64,000 nucleotides of DNA from an uncultured Mucilaginibacter sp. (lineage in GTDB: Bacteria; Bacteroidota; Bacteroidia; Sphingobacteriales; Sphingobacteriaceae), in NCBI GenBank assembly GCA_903863845.1, contig CAIPDP010000071.1, positions 27,617 to 91,616 of the forward strand, written 5' to 3'. The position numbers and the translations under genes are program-made. Positions within the stretch are counted from its first letter, which is position 1. Each line of letters starts with the position of its first letter. Below, one piece after another: positions 55,604-64,000 of this stretch. The notes beneath the pieces were generated by a model that ran no database searches, had not been told where the DNA came from, and saw nothing but the letters and a program-made list of their open reading frames with translations.

Positions 55604-55649
55604 TTTAGGGTATCTGCTATGGAACAATTTCCGGCACAGATACCCTAAA
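55604..55649 (-). terminator. Strong stem-loop with U-run between coxI and ctaA (terminator or attenuator)
   Basis: TTTAGGGTATCTG (55604-55616) pairs with CAGATACCCTAAA (55637-55649) in a 13-bp perfect stem with a 20-nt loop. On the minus-strand transcript it is followed by TTTTTAGAGATTTT. Confidence 0.65.
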
Positions 55650-55669
55650 AGATCAGCGAAAAAAATATC

Positions 55670-57556
55670 TTATTTTACTTCTTCATTGGGTCTGTTAACC
55701 TTTACCCATGCATTGAACTGATCAAGACCAGCAGGATTATCTTCAAAATCATGTTCCTGGTTCGAACTCATTGTTTGCGATAAAGGAACTGTCTGTGGTA
55801 TGAAATCTTCTTCCGCACCTGGCTTGCTGTAGTCATAAGGCCAACGGTAAACAGTTGGGATCTCTCCTGGCCAGTTTCCATGAATATGTTCGATAGGAGC
55901 TGTCCATTCCAGCGTGTTAGCATTCCATGGATTTTGGGTAGCCTTTTTACCAAAAAATATCGAATGGAAGAAATTATACAGGAAAGCTACCTGTGCCAAT
56001 GCAGCAACAATCGCAGCCCAAGTGATAAATGTATTAACTGATAACCATTGACTAAATGCAGGGAACTCAGTCGTTGCGTAGTAACGACGTGGTACACCAT
56101 CAAGGCCCATAAAGTGCATTGGGAAGAACACCAGGTAAGCACAAACAAAAGTTGCCCAGAAATGCAGGTAACCTAATTTTTCATCCATTAAGCGTCCCGC
56201 AAATAATTTAGGGAACCAATGGTAAACCCCAGCAAGCATACCGAATATAGCAGCCGATCCCATTACAAGGTGGAAGTGAGCTACGACAAAATAAGTATCG
56301 TGCAAAGGTATATCCAGTGCAGCGTTACCAAGGAAGATACCGGTAACACCACCCGAAATAAAGAAAGAGACAAGCCCGATAGCAAATAACATTGCTGGTG
56401 TGAAGCGGATATTTCCGCGCCAGATAGTTGCTAACCAGTTAAAGGTTTTTACTGCTGAAGGTACCGCAATGATCAACGTAGTGATCATAAACACACCGCC
56501 CAGGAAAGGATTCATCCCGGTAACAAACATGTGGTGACCCCATACGATAAATGAAAGGGTACTGATACCGATCAGTGAGTAAACCATTGCATGGTACCCA
56601 AATATTGGCTTACGTGAATTTACCGATATAACCTCAGATGAGATACCCATTGCAGGCATGATAACGATATATACTTCCGGGTGACCCAGGAACCAGAACA
56701 AGTGCTGGAACAGGATCGGGCTACCACCTGAATAAGGCAATAACTTTCCGTTTAAAACAATATCTGACAAATAGAAACTTGTACCAAAACTGCGGTCAAA
56801 AATCAGCAATACTACACCTGCTACCAATACTGGGAAAGACAAGATACCCAGGATAGCGGTTAGGAAGAATGCCCAAACAGTAAGCGGCATTTTCCAAAGG
56901 TCCATACCTTTGGTACGCATGTTCAATACCGTACTTACATAGTTGATACCACCCATCAATGAGGAGGCCACAAATAATACCATACTGATCAGCCAAAGCG
57001 TCATCCCCAATTCAGAACCTTTCATCGCTTTCGGCAGCGCCGACAAAGGCGGATAAATGGTCCATCCCGCTCCTGCGGGTCCTTTCTGAATAAAGAATGA
57101 GGAAAGCATGATGATACTGGCAATAAAGAAGAACCAGTAGGAAAGCATATTCACAAAAGGTGAAGCCATATCGCGTGCTCCAACCTGCAATGGAATAAGT
57201 AAATTACTAAAGGTACCGCTCAAACCGGCAGTTAGAACAAAGAATACCATGATGGTACCGTGAATGGTAACCAGCGACAGGTAAAACTCAGGATCAAGGC
57301 GTCCGTTAGGGGCAAAACGTCCTAAAAGTGTAGTTAATAAAGGAAAAGACTTATCCGGATACGCCAACTGGATCCTGAAAAGGATTGACAAAAGCATAGC
57401 TATAACTGCCATTGTAATACCTGTGATCAGGAATTGTTTGCCGATCATCTTGTGATCCTGGCTAAACACGTATTTCGTTAGAAAAGTTTCGTGATGATGA
57501 TGTTCGTGATCATGATCATGAGACACGGCGTGATCTTGAACTGCTAATGTTGACAT
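55670..57556 (-). CDS. ctaD: Cytochrome c oxidase subunit I (heme-copper oxidase, aa3 type)
   Basis: 628 aa. Canonical motifs WFLGHPEVYI, HHMF, and VAHFHLVM. Confidence 0.96.
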   Translation of the reverse strand: MSTLAVQDHAVSHDHDHEHHHHETFLTKYVFSQDHKMIGKQFLITGITMAVIAMLLSILFRIQLAYPDKSFPLLTTLLGRFAPNGRLDPEFYLSLVTIHGTIMVFFVLTAGLSGTFSNLLIPLQVGARDMASPFVNMLSYWFFFIASIIMLSSFFIQKGPAGAGWTIYPPLSALPKAMKGSELGMTLWLISMVLFVASSLMGGINYVSTVLNMRTKGMDLWKMPLTVWAFFLTAILGILSFPVLVAGVVLLIFDRSFGTSFYLSDIVLNGKLLPYSGGSPILFQHLFWFLGHPEVYIVIMPAMGISSEVISVNSRKPIFGYHAMVYSLIGISTLSFIVWGHHMFVTGMNPFLGGVFMITTLIIAVPSAVKTFNWLATIWRGNIRFTPAMLFAIGLVSFFISGGVTGIFLGNAALDIPLHDTYFVVAHFHLVMGSAAIFGMLAGVYHWFPKLFAGRLMDEKLGYLHFWATFVCAYLVFFPMHFMGLDGVPRRYYATTEFPAFSQWLSVNTFITWAAIVAALAQVAFLYNFFHSIFFGKKATQNPWNANTLEWTAPIEHIHGNWPGEIPTVYRWPYDYSKPGAEEDFIPQTVPLSQTMSSNQEHDFEDNPAGLDQFNAWVKVNRPNEEVK

Positions 57557-57570
57557 AATCGCTATACTTA

Positions 57571-58752
57571 TTAATTATTTAATGCTATCTTATTTTCTGC
57601 TGCGCCAACTTTGTTACCAGCATCGGCAAGCTTCCACTCTTTCCTGATCAGGTCATTTACGTATGGTTTCTGATGAGAAAGCCATACGCGGTATTCAGCA
57701 GGAGTAACTACCATAACCACTTTTTGCATATTATAGTGACCACCGCCGCATATTTTATTGCAATACAGCAAGTAATTGAAGCTTGGGTCATCCAACCTGT
57801 TGCGCATATCGGCAGTTGTAATGGTTGGGGTAAATTTGAAAAATGTTGGTAATCCTGGAACCGCATTCATCTGCAACCTGAAGTGTGGCATGAAAACGCT
57901 ATGGATCACGTCTTGTGCATGGATATTTAACCTGATCGATTTACCTACCGGCAATACCAATGTATCAGCTCTCAGGTCATCATAGCTGCTTTTGTCTTTC
58001 GAGCTAACAGCCAGATTATTACTTTGAGAATAATAGGTTTGATAATCAGTTGTACCAAGCTTACCATCATTACCAGGATAACGCAACTCCCAGGCAAACT
58101 GGTGAGCCGTAACATCGATATTGATGTCTCCCTTTACCTCGGTGGTATTAGTGATCTGGCGCCAGATGAAGAAACCGAACACTACTAACACTGTCAAAAC
58201 TATCGCCGGAACAATCGTCCAGATTTTCTCAATGGTATTGTTGTGAGGATAATAATAGGCCTTGCGTTTTTCAGAACCACGGTATTTAAATAAAAATCCA
58301 AACAACAAAATCTGTGTGATGATAAACACAAAGGTTGTTATGGCGGTAGTTGTCCAAAACATCTGGTCGATCTTCACGCCATGCTCAGAAGCTGGTTCAG
58401 GCAATATTTGTTGACCTTGTACGGTAAATGACCAATAGGCGCCATACAAACCAGCTACCAGGAATACTACACAGACATAACCAATAAAGTTATTCCAGTT
58501 TATCCCTTTTTTACCCTGCATTTTCAGCGTCAGCTCGTATATCTTCAAAATTTTTCCAATAACAGCAACTATTACGCATACCAGCAGGAAAAGCAAAACA
58601 TAATATCCTACTCCCAGCCATTCGCTGCCAGAGTCTGCAGCCGGGGCACCTGCAGCAGGTGTTTCGGCAAACAGACTGCCAGTCCCCATCAGCAAAAACA
58701 TAGCGAAAAAGGAACTTAATTTTTTAGAATCTATTAATTTTTTGAATCCCAT
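57571..58752 (-). CDS. coxB: Cytochrome c oxidase subunit II (CuA domain, no fused cytochrome c)
   Basis: CuA ligands in HSVFMP and CNKICGGGHYNM. No CxxCH motif. The ATG at 58752 (MGFKKLID) is preferred to the track's TTG at 58788. Confidence 0.9.
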   Translation of the reverse strand: MGFKKLIDSKKLSSFFAMFLLMGTGSLFAETPAAGAPAADSGSEWLGVGYYVLLFLLVCVIVAVIGKILKIYELTLKMQGKKGINWNNFIGYVCVVFLVAGLYGAYWSFTVQGQQILPEPASEHGVKIDQMFWTTTAITTFVFIITQILLFGFLFKYRGSEKRKAYYYPHNNTIEKIWTIVPAIVLTVLVVFGFFIWRQITNTTEVKGDINIDVTAHQFAWELRYPGNDGKLGTTDYQTYYSQSNNLAVSSKDKSSYDDLRADTLVLPVGKSIRLNIHAQDVIHSVFMPHFRLQMNAVPGLPTFFKFTPTITTADMRNRLDDPSFNYLLYCNKICGGGHYNMQKVVMVVTPAEYRVWLSHQKPYVNDLIRKEWKLADAGNKVGAAENKIALNN

Positions 58753-58800
58753 TTTTATATCAGTTTGGTATTCCTTATCAGTTAGCAAATTTAGTTAATA

Positions 58801-60069
58801 TTAAATGTGGTGGTGTAAGCTCTCGTCCAGGAATGGGTGATTCTTCGGTATAAGAGACTTAAATTTACTCAGCGCAGACAAGGCGAGGAATGTAAATAAA
58901 CCAGCGAAACCAATAAACACTCCGGGCTCAACCCATGAAATAACACCCCAGTACCAATGTTCGTGCGGAGCTATCGTGTTAGGTGCGATCATTTGGAAAT
59001 AATCAAGCCAGTGACCAAGGATGATGACAACAGCCATTACCTGCAGCGTACCAACATAACGTTTCGAATCGCGCTGCATTAATACCAATAAAGGTGCGCC
59101 AAAGTTGATCACGATATTCAGCCAGAACCAAACTTTGAAATCGGGCTCCCAACGACGGAAAAAATAAGCAGATTCTTCAGGTATATTGGCATAATAGGTA
59201 AGCAGGAATTGTGCGAACCATAAGTAAGTCCAGAATACCGAGAACGCAAACATGAATAAACCCATGTTGTGCAAGTGATTCTCTGTTACCCATGAAAGCT
59301 GACCTTGTTTACGCAGATAAATAATAATCAGGGTCATAGCAGCTAAACCGCTTACCCAAAGACCGGCAAGGTTGTACCAACCAAACATGGTCGAGAACCA
59401 GCGAGCCTCCAATGACATGATCGTATCAAAAGCAAATACCGGAACAGTAAAACCAAATAAAACCAGGAAGATAGCAGAGATAACAATGCTTTTGTTATAA
59501 TATTTCATTCCACCCAACTCGTCTTCATCACGGGAGTATTTTGCAAACAACCAGCCAAAAAAGCTGTAAACTGCAAGCATACCGATGATACGAAACAAAA
59601 AGTAAGGTACATTCAGATAACCCGCTTTGCCTGCGATCACAGAATCATAAATTCCGCTGTCTTTAATACGCAGATCAGGGGTTGCCCAACGTGCATATAA
59701 ATATGGTTCGATATGATTTTTTCCATCTACATTTACAGTGTGGGTCATTTTTAGCCCGGCAATGATAATAACTACCAGGATCAAAGCTGCTATAGGCAAT
59801 ACCTTACCAAATGCCTGAGGTACACGCAGGATCGATGCCGACCAGCCTGCCTGAGCCGCATACTGGATGCCGCAAAACATCACACCGGCTGCGCAGACGC
59901 AAGTAAAATAATAGCCCATCAGCAACAGGTTTGAAAACGTCCGCTGCTCGTGGTGAGTTAAAAACCCGGCCACAATGGTTACAACACCGATAACAATAGC
60001 GATCAAGCTCCAGGTTTTTACTTTACCTGTAAATTGATATTGCTCGTCAAAACTATTATGAGTCTTCAT
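58801..60069 (-). CDS. actF: Alternative complex III subunit ActF (NrfD-like quinol-interacting membrane subunit 2)
   Basis: 422-aa polytopic ORF. Last act gene, positioned between the monoheme ActE and coxII as in published ACIII clusters. Confidence 0.75.
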   Translation of the reverse strand: MKTHNSFDEQYQFTGKVKTWSLIAIVIGVVTIVAGFLTHHEQRTFSNLLLMGYYFTCVCAAGVMFCGIQYAAQAGWSASILRVPQAFGKVLPIAALILVVIIIAGLKMTHTVNVDGKNHIEPYLYARWATPDLRIKDSGIYDSVIAGKAGYLNVPYFLFRIIGMLAVYSFFGWLFAKYSRDEDELGGMKYYNKSIVISAIFLVLFGFTVPVFAFDTIMSLEARWFSTMFGWYNLAGLWVSGLAAMTLIIIYLRKQGQLSWVTENHLHNMGLFMFAFSVFWTYLWFAQFLLTYYANIPEESAYFFRRWEPDFKVWFWLNIVINFGAPLLVLMQRDSKRYVGTLQVMAVVIILGHWLDYFQMIAPNTIAPHEHWYWGVISWVEPGVFIGFAGLFTFLALSALSKFKSLIPKNHPFLDESLHHHI

Positions 60070-60077
60070 TTAAAATA

Positions 60078-60662
60078 TTATTGTTTTTGTAATTGGTGTA
60101 CATACTGAACCACTTTCCAGCGTTCTGTCGGCGAAAGCTGCGAAGCGTATGAACCCATAGCATTCACGCCATAAGTGATGGTATGATAAATTTTTCCATC
60201 AGTAAGATCTTTCATATTACCACCTCTTGAACTTTGGCCTGTCGAATAAGATGGCGGCGGCGGATAACCATGCTGTACCACCAAACCATCACCTTGTCCA
60301 CCTAAACCATGGCAGGGTGAGCAAAAGCTGATAAATAACTGTTTACCATCTTCAAGGTTATCAGCAGTTTCGGCAAGCGGACTTTTCACCTCGGTACCAG
60401 CTAACTCATAACCATCTTTGCTATTCGGATAATCAAAAGTTGTAAATCCAACCGGAATTGTACCGGCAGGTGCTTTCTGAGCAGTTTTACCGTCCTTAAA
60501 ATTAGGGTTCGGCTGGTCAGGGTCATACGCAATATGCTCATACATATTGGGGGCGTATTCCCAGCCAGTGCTTCTTTTATCCTTGCACGAGCTTACTGCG
60601 ATAGCAGCTGCAACGGCAACTGACGCAAGTCCCAATATCTTTGTTTTATTCATAGCTAACAT
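60078..60662 (-). CDS. actE: Alternative complex III monoheme cytochrome c lipoprotein ActE
   Basis: Signal peptide with lipobox (AVSSC) and a single CSPCHG heme-binding motif. The start is either 60662 or the ATG at 60653. Confidence 0.8.
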   Translation of the reverse strand: MLAMNKTKILGLASVAVAAAIAVSSCKDKRSTGWEYAPNMYEHIAYDPDQPNPNFKDGKTAQKAPAGTIPVGFTTFDYPNSKDGYELAGTEVKSPLAETADNLEDGKQLFISFCSPCHGLGGQGDGLVVQHGYPPPPSYSTGQSSRGGNMKDLTDGKIYHTITYGVNAMGSYASQLSPTERWKVVQYVHQLQKQ

Positions 60663-61182
60663 ATTTTCTGTCGTTATGCTTAATTTCTACAGCTCCGGCT
60701 TCACGCAGGATATTAGTGATATCCTCATGTGGAACATTTCCTTTGGCATCTATCGCGATCACAAAACGATCGTCAGTTGCCCGCAGATCCATCACCCGTG
60801 GCGCACGTCCAGGGAAAAGGTGTGTAGCAAAAAAGAAAGTTATGGTCATACCAAATGCGGTAAACAATACGGTCCACTCGAAAGTTGCCGGGATAAAATC
60901 CGGAACAGCGAATGCAGGCTTACCACCAATATTCATCGGCCAGTCATGTACCAGGGTATAATACACGATACTAAAAATTGTTGTTCCACCCAAAATACCG
61001 AACATAAAGGCTGCATAACCCAAACGTGAAGGTTTTACACCCAGCTTATCTTCAATACCGTGAATAGGCATCGGGGTATAAACGTCATAAATCGGAACGC
61101 TGTTCTTTTTCAATTCGTCGATCCCATGCAGCAAGACATCCGGATCGTCAAAAAGCCCCAATATAAATTTAGTGCTGCTCAT
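60646..61182 (-). CDS. actD: Alternative complex III subunit ActD (DUF3341)
   Basis: 178 aa with two central TM helices, positioned between ActC and ActE. Confidence 0.78.
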   Translation of the reverse strand: MSSTKFILGLFDDPDVLLHGIDELKKNSVPIYDVYTPMPIHGIEDKLGVKPSRLGYAAFMFGILGGTTIFSIVYYTLVHDWPMNIGGKPAFAVPDFIPATFEWTVLFTAFGMTITFFFATHLFPGRAPRVMDLRATDDRFVIAIDAKGNVPHEDITNILREAGAVEIKHNDRKYVSYE

Positions 61183-61188
61183 TATTTC

Positions 61189-62658
61189 TTATTTTTTATA
61201 GTCTGCCAGTTCTACACTGTCAAATTTCGTTAACGACTCTTTATAGAATTCAACCTGTTGAGGCTCTAGGTGTCCCTCAGCCATCAATTTCTTCTTAGCC
61301 TGTTCACTAGATGATTTCAGCAATAGTTTCACTTCTGCCATTGCAATTGAAGGAAGCACCCTGATGAATAAAAGGAACATGGTAAAGAATAAACCGATTG
61401 AACCGATAAATATACTTACGTCGATCCATGTTGGATAAAACATCGCCCAGCTCGAAGGGATAAAATCGCGGTGCAGTGAAGTTACAATGATCACGAAACG
61501 CTCGAACCACATACCAATGTTTACTACAATAGATAATACCCATGAAACATGAATGTTGGTCCTGATTTTTTTGAACCACATCAATTGGGTCATCAATACG
61601 TTACAACCATACATCATACAACCTGCCCACCAGTAAGGGCCGATAAAGCGATTTAAGAAAGTATATTGCTCATATTCACCACCTGAGTAGTAAGCGATAA
61701 AGAATTCAGTTAAATAAGCCACGCCAACGATAGAGCCTGTAACAAGGATGATCTTGTTCATAGCTTCGATATGGAACATGGTGATATAGTTCTCCAACCC
61801 TAATACTTTACGTACAACAAGCAATAGGGTCTGCACCATAGCGAAACCAGAGAAAATAGCTCCGGCAACGAAATATGGAGGGAAAATGGTCGTATGCCAG
61901 CCCGGCTCAAGCGATGTAGCAAAGTCCATAGATACGATGGTGTGTACCGAAAGTACCAGCGGGGTTGAAACACCAGCCAGGATCAAACATACCGTCTCAA
62001 AACGCTGCCATGTTTTTAATGAACCTGTCCATCCGAAAGAAGCAATTGAATAGATCCTGCGGCGGATACCAGTTGCACGGTCGCGAATCGTTGCCAGATC
62101 GGGTAATAAACCAGTATACCAGAACAATAAGGATACCGAGAAGTAAGTTGATATCGCAAATACGTCCCAGATCAAAGGCGAGTTAAAGTTAACCCATAAT
62201 GAACCGTATTGGTTTGGCAATGGTAATGAATATACTGCCATCCACGGGCGACCCATGTGACAAACAATATAACTGGCCGCACAAATTACCGCGAAGATGG
62301 TCATCGCTTCTGCCGACCGGTTGATAGAGTTACGCCAGTTTTGACGGAACAGTAATAAGATAGCAGAAATAAGCGTACCAGCGTGACCAATACCTACCCA
62401 CCAAACGAAGCCGGTGATATCCCATGCCCAACCTACTGTTTTATTTAAACCCCAGGAACCTATACCGTACCAAAAAGTCCAGCTTACTGCAAATACCCAA
62501 AGGAGTGCACCCAGGGATGCCACCGTAAAACCGATCCACCACGCCTTATTTGGCATGTTTTCTACGGGTTTTAAAATATCATCTGTCACTTTCGCGTAGG
62601 TGATATTCTCGCCGGTTACCAACGGTTCCCTTATTATTGATTCATGATGAGATGCCAT
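61189..62658 (-). CDS. actC: Alternative complex III subunit ActC (NrfD/PsrC-family quinol-binding membrane protein)
   Basis: 489 aa with about 10 TM helices, downstream of the Fe-S subunit. Confidence 0.85.
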   Translation of the reverse strand: MASHHESIIREPLVTGENITYAKVTDDILKPVENMPNKAWWIGFTVASLGALLWVFAVSWTFWYGIGSWGLNKTVGWAWDITGFVWWVGIGHAGTLISAILLLFRQNWRNSINRSAEAMTIFAVICAASYIVCHMGRPWMAVYSLPLPNQYGSLWVNFNSPLIWDVFAISTYFSVSLLFWYTGLLPDLATIRDRATGIRRRIYSIASFGWTGSLKTWQRFETVCLILAGVSTPLVLSVHTIVSMDFATSLEPGWHTTIFPPYFVAGAIFSGFAMVQTLLLVVRKVLGLENYITMFHIEAMNKIILVTGSIVGVAYLTEFFIAYYSGGEYEQYTFLNRFIGPYWWAGCMMYGCNVLMTQLMWFKKIRTNIHVSWVLSIVVNIGMWFERFVIIVTSLHRDFIPSSWAMFYPTWIDVSIFIGSIGLFFTMFLLFIRVLPSIAMAEVKLLLKSSSEQAKKKLMAEGHLEPQQVEFYKESLTKFDSVELADYKK

Positions 62659-62683
62659 ACGTTATCTATCTCTTGTTTTATTA

Positions 62684-64000
62684 TTAAGCTTCAGTTTCTA
62701 CAGTATTCCTAACCTTTACCTGGTAACCAATACCTGGTTGTACGTTAAGTTCTTCCAATACATAATATGTTCTTTCGCTGTCCAGCAATTTGGCAACTTC
62801 AGAGTTCTTATCGTTCCTGTTACCAAATACGATGGCGTTGGTCGGACAAGTTTGCTGGCAGGCAGTTTTAATATCACCGTCAGCAACAGGGCGTTTTTCG
62901 ATCTTGGCTTTCAGTTTACCCGCCTGGATACGCTGAATACACATAGAGCATTTTTCCATTACCCCACGGAAACGAGTAGTAACATCCGGGTTTAGCACCA
63001 AATGGGTATGCTCATTTATCAGGTAGTTATCAAAACGCGAATCGTTCCAATAGTTGAACCAGTTAAAGCGACGCACTTTATATGGACAGTTGTTAGCGCA
63101 ATAACGGGTACCGATACAACGGTTATAAGCCATGTGATTCAAACCTTCGCTTGAGTGTACCGTTGCTAATACCGGACATACTGTTTCGCATGGTGCGTGA
63201 TCGCAATGCTGGCAAAGCATTGGTTGATAAACAACCGATACATTGTCCAAGTCCTTCAGGTCCTGAATTTCTTTTTCTTCGGTTACTGATTTACCTCCAT
63301 CGTTGAAGCTGTAGTAACGGTCGATACGGATCCAGTGCATTTCACGGCGGCGGCGAACTTCATCGCGGCCGACCACCGGTATATTATTTTCAGCGCTACA
63401 TGCTACCACGCAGGCGCCGCAACCGGTACAGGCGTTCAGGTCGATCGCCATTACCCAGTTGTATTGAGGATGATCATAGTCATCCCATAAAGTTTCGTAT
63501 TCTTTATGTTTAAGGGAACCACCGCTATTTGAAGTTGGGTCCTTAACGAAGTCTTTCAAAGTAGTTTCACGGATCACATTACGACCTTCGATCGAATGGT
63601 GGGTCTGTGTTTGCGCCAGAATGATCTGGTCACCAGTAGGTGTAATTTTTGCAACTGTACTGTTCTGGAAGGTTCCGTTCTCTGCGATCTGCAGCGGGTA
63701 CACATTCTTACCAGCACCCAAGCCCACCGGACCAACTTCAGTACGACCGTAACCAACAGCGATCGAGATAGTACCCTGAGTTTGACCAGGCTGAGCAAGT
63801 ATAGGTAAGGTAACTGTTTTCTGACCGTCGACAGCAATCGTGATCACATCGCCCTGCACATAGCCCGCATTTCTGATATCAGTTGGCGACATGGCAGCAA
63901 AGTTATCCCAGGTAACTTTAGATACCGGATCAGGCATTTCCTGTAACCATGGGTTATTGGCACGTTTACCATCACGCAATGCAACCGATTGGTAAAGTTG
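62684..64000 (-). CDS. actB: Alternative complex III subunit ActB, C-terminal part (molybdopterin-oxidoreductase-like plus 4Fe-4S ferredoxin domains); gene continues beyond the right edge
   Basis: Fe-S motifs CTGCGACVVAC, CQHCDHAPCETVC, CIGTRYCANNCPYK, CSMC and ACQQTCP. The reading frame stays open to the window edge, so the M at 63979 is not the true start. Confidence 0.85.
   Translation of the reverse strand, partial: QLYQSVALRDGKRANNPWLQEMPDPVSKVTWDNFAAMSPTDIRNAGYVQGDVITIAVDGQKTVTLPILAQPGQTQGTISIAVGYGRTEVGPVGLGAGKNVYPLQIAENGTFQNSTVAKITPTGDQIILAQTQTHHSIEGRNVIRETTLKDFVKDPTSNSGGSLKHKEYETLWDDYDHPQYNWVMAIDLNACTGCGACVVACSAENNIPVVGRDEVRRRREMHWIRIDRYYSFNDGGKSVTEEKEIQDLKDLDNVSVVYQPMLCQHCDHAPCETVCPVLATVHSSEGLNHMAYNRCIGTRYCANNCPYKVRRFNWFNYWNDSRFDNYLINEHTHLVLNPDVTTRFRGVMEKCSMCIQRIQAGKLKAKIEKRPVADGDIKTACQQTCPTNAIVFGNRNDKNSEVAKLLDSERTYYVLEELNVQPGIGYQVKVRNTVETEA

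Noticed and set aside
63979-63979. Met at 63979 as the start of ActB
   Set aside because: The frame remains open to the window edge, and ActB proteins are much longer, with an N-terminal molybdopterin-like domain. The gene is truncated by the window.

Overview
This 64-kb chromosomal window looks like a Bacteroidota genome of the Sphingobacteriia type. The guess rests on the gldKLMN type IX secretion core, an alternative complex III fused to an aa3 oxidase cluster, lipoprotein-rich gene content and odd word-repeat intergenic spacers; no database search was possible. From left to right the content is as follows. (1) An F-type ATP synthase operon on the minus strand, ordered atpZ-like, membrane ORF, atpB-E-F-H-A-G. 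(2) A large TPR lipoprotein (candidate PorW/SprE), PBP1A and uvrC. (3) gldK-L-M-N. (4) A HemD-like gene paired with a DUF4271 gene. (5) A two-gene family-2A encapsulin shell plus cysteine-desulfurase cargo operon. This is the most interesting system in the window. (6) A GH78 rhamnosidase. (7) A visibly AT-rich accessory islet of about 3 kb. It holds an orphan lipoprotein gene bracketed by 73-nt direct repeats, and a decayed Rhs-CT toxin with an intact immunity-like gene. (8) hemW, a fasciclin protein, a JmjC-like cupin, and a PfkB kinase. (9) A co-directional string of vWA, AAA+ ATPase, metallophosphoesterase, UbiA-like and pentapeptide genes. (10) A CocE/NonD hydrolase and a methyltransferase. 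(11) An operon of an S9-peptidase homologue that has lost its Ser and His catalytic residues, followed by a sensor kinase and a response regulator. (12) A TPR protein, DUF4286, a phosphoesterase, an OmpA-like protein and DUF2461. (13) A 13.6-kb respiratory supercluster on the minus strand: actB(partial)-C-D-E-F, coxII, coxI, ctaA, ctaB, two cox3 paralogues, coxIV, SCO, DUF420 and a small CxxC protein. No rRNA gene, complete tRNA gene, CRISPR array, transposase or integrase was found. All functional calls come from reading the translated ORFs and recalling family motifs. No similarity search was run.
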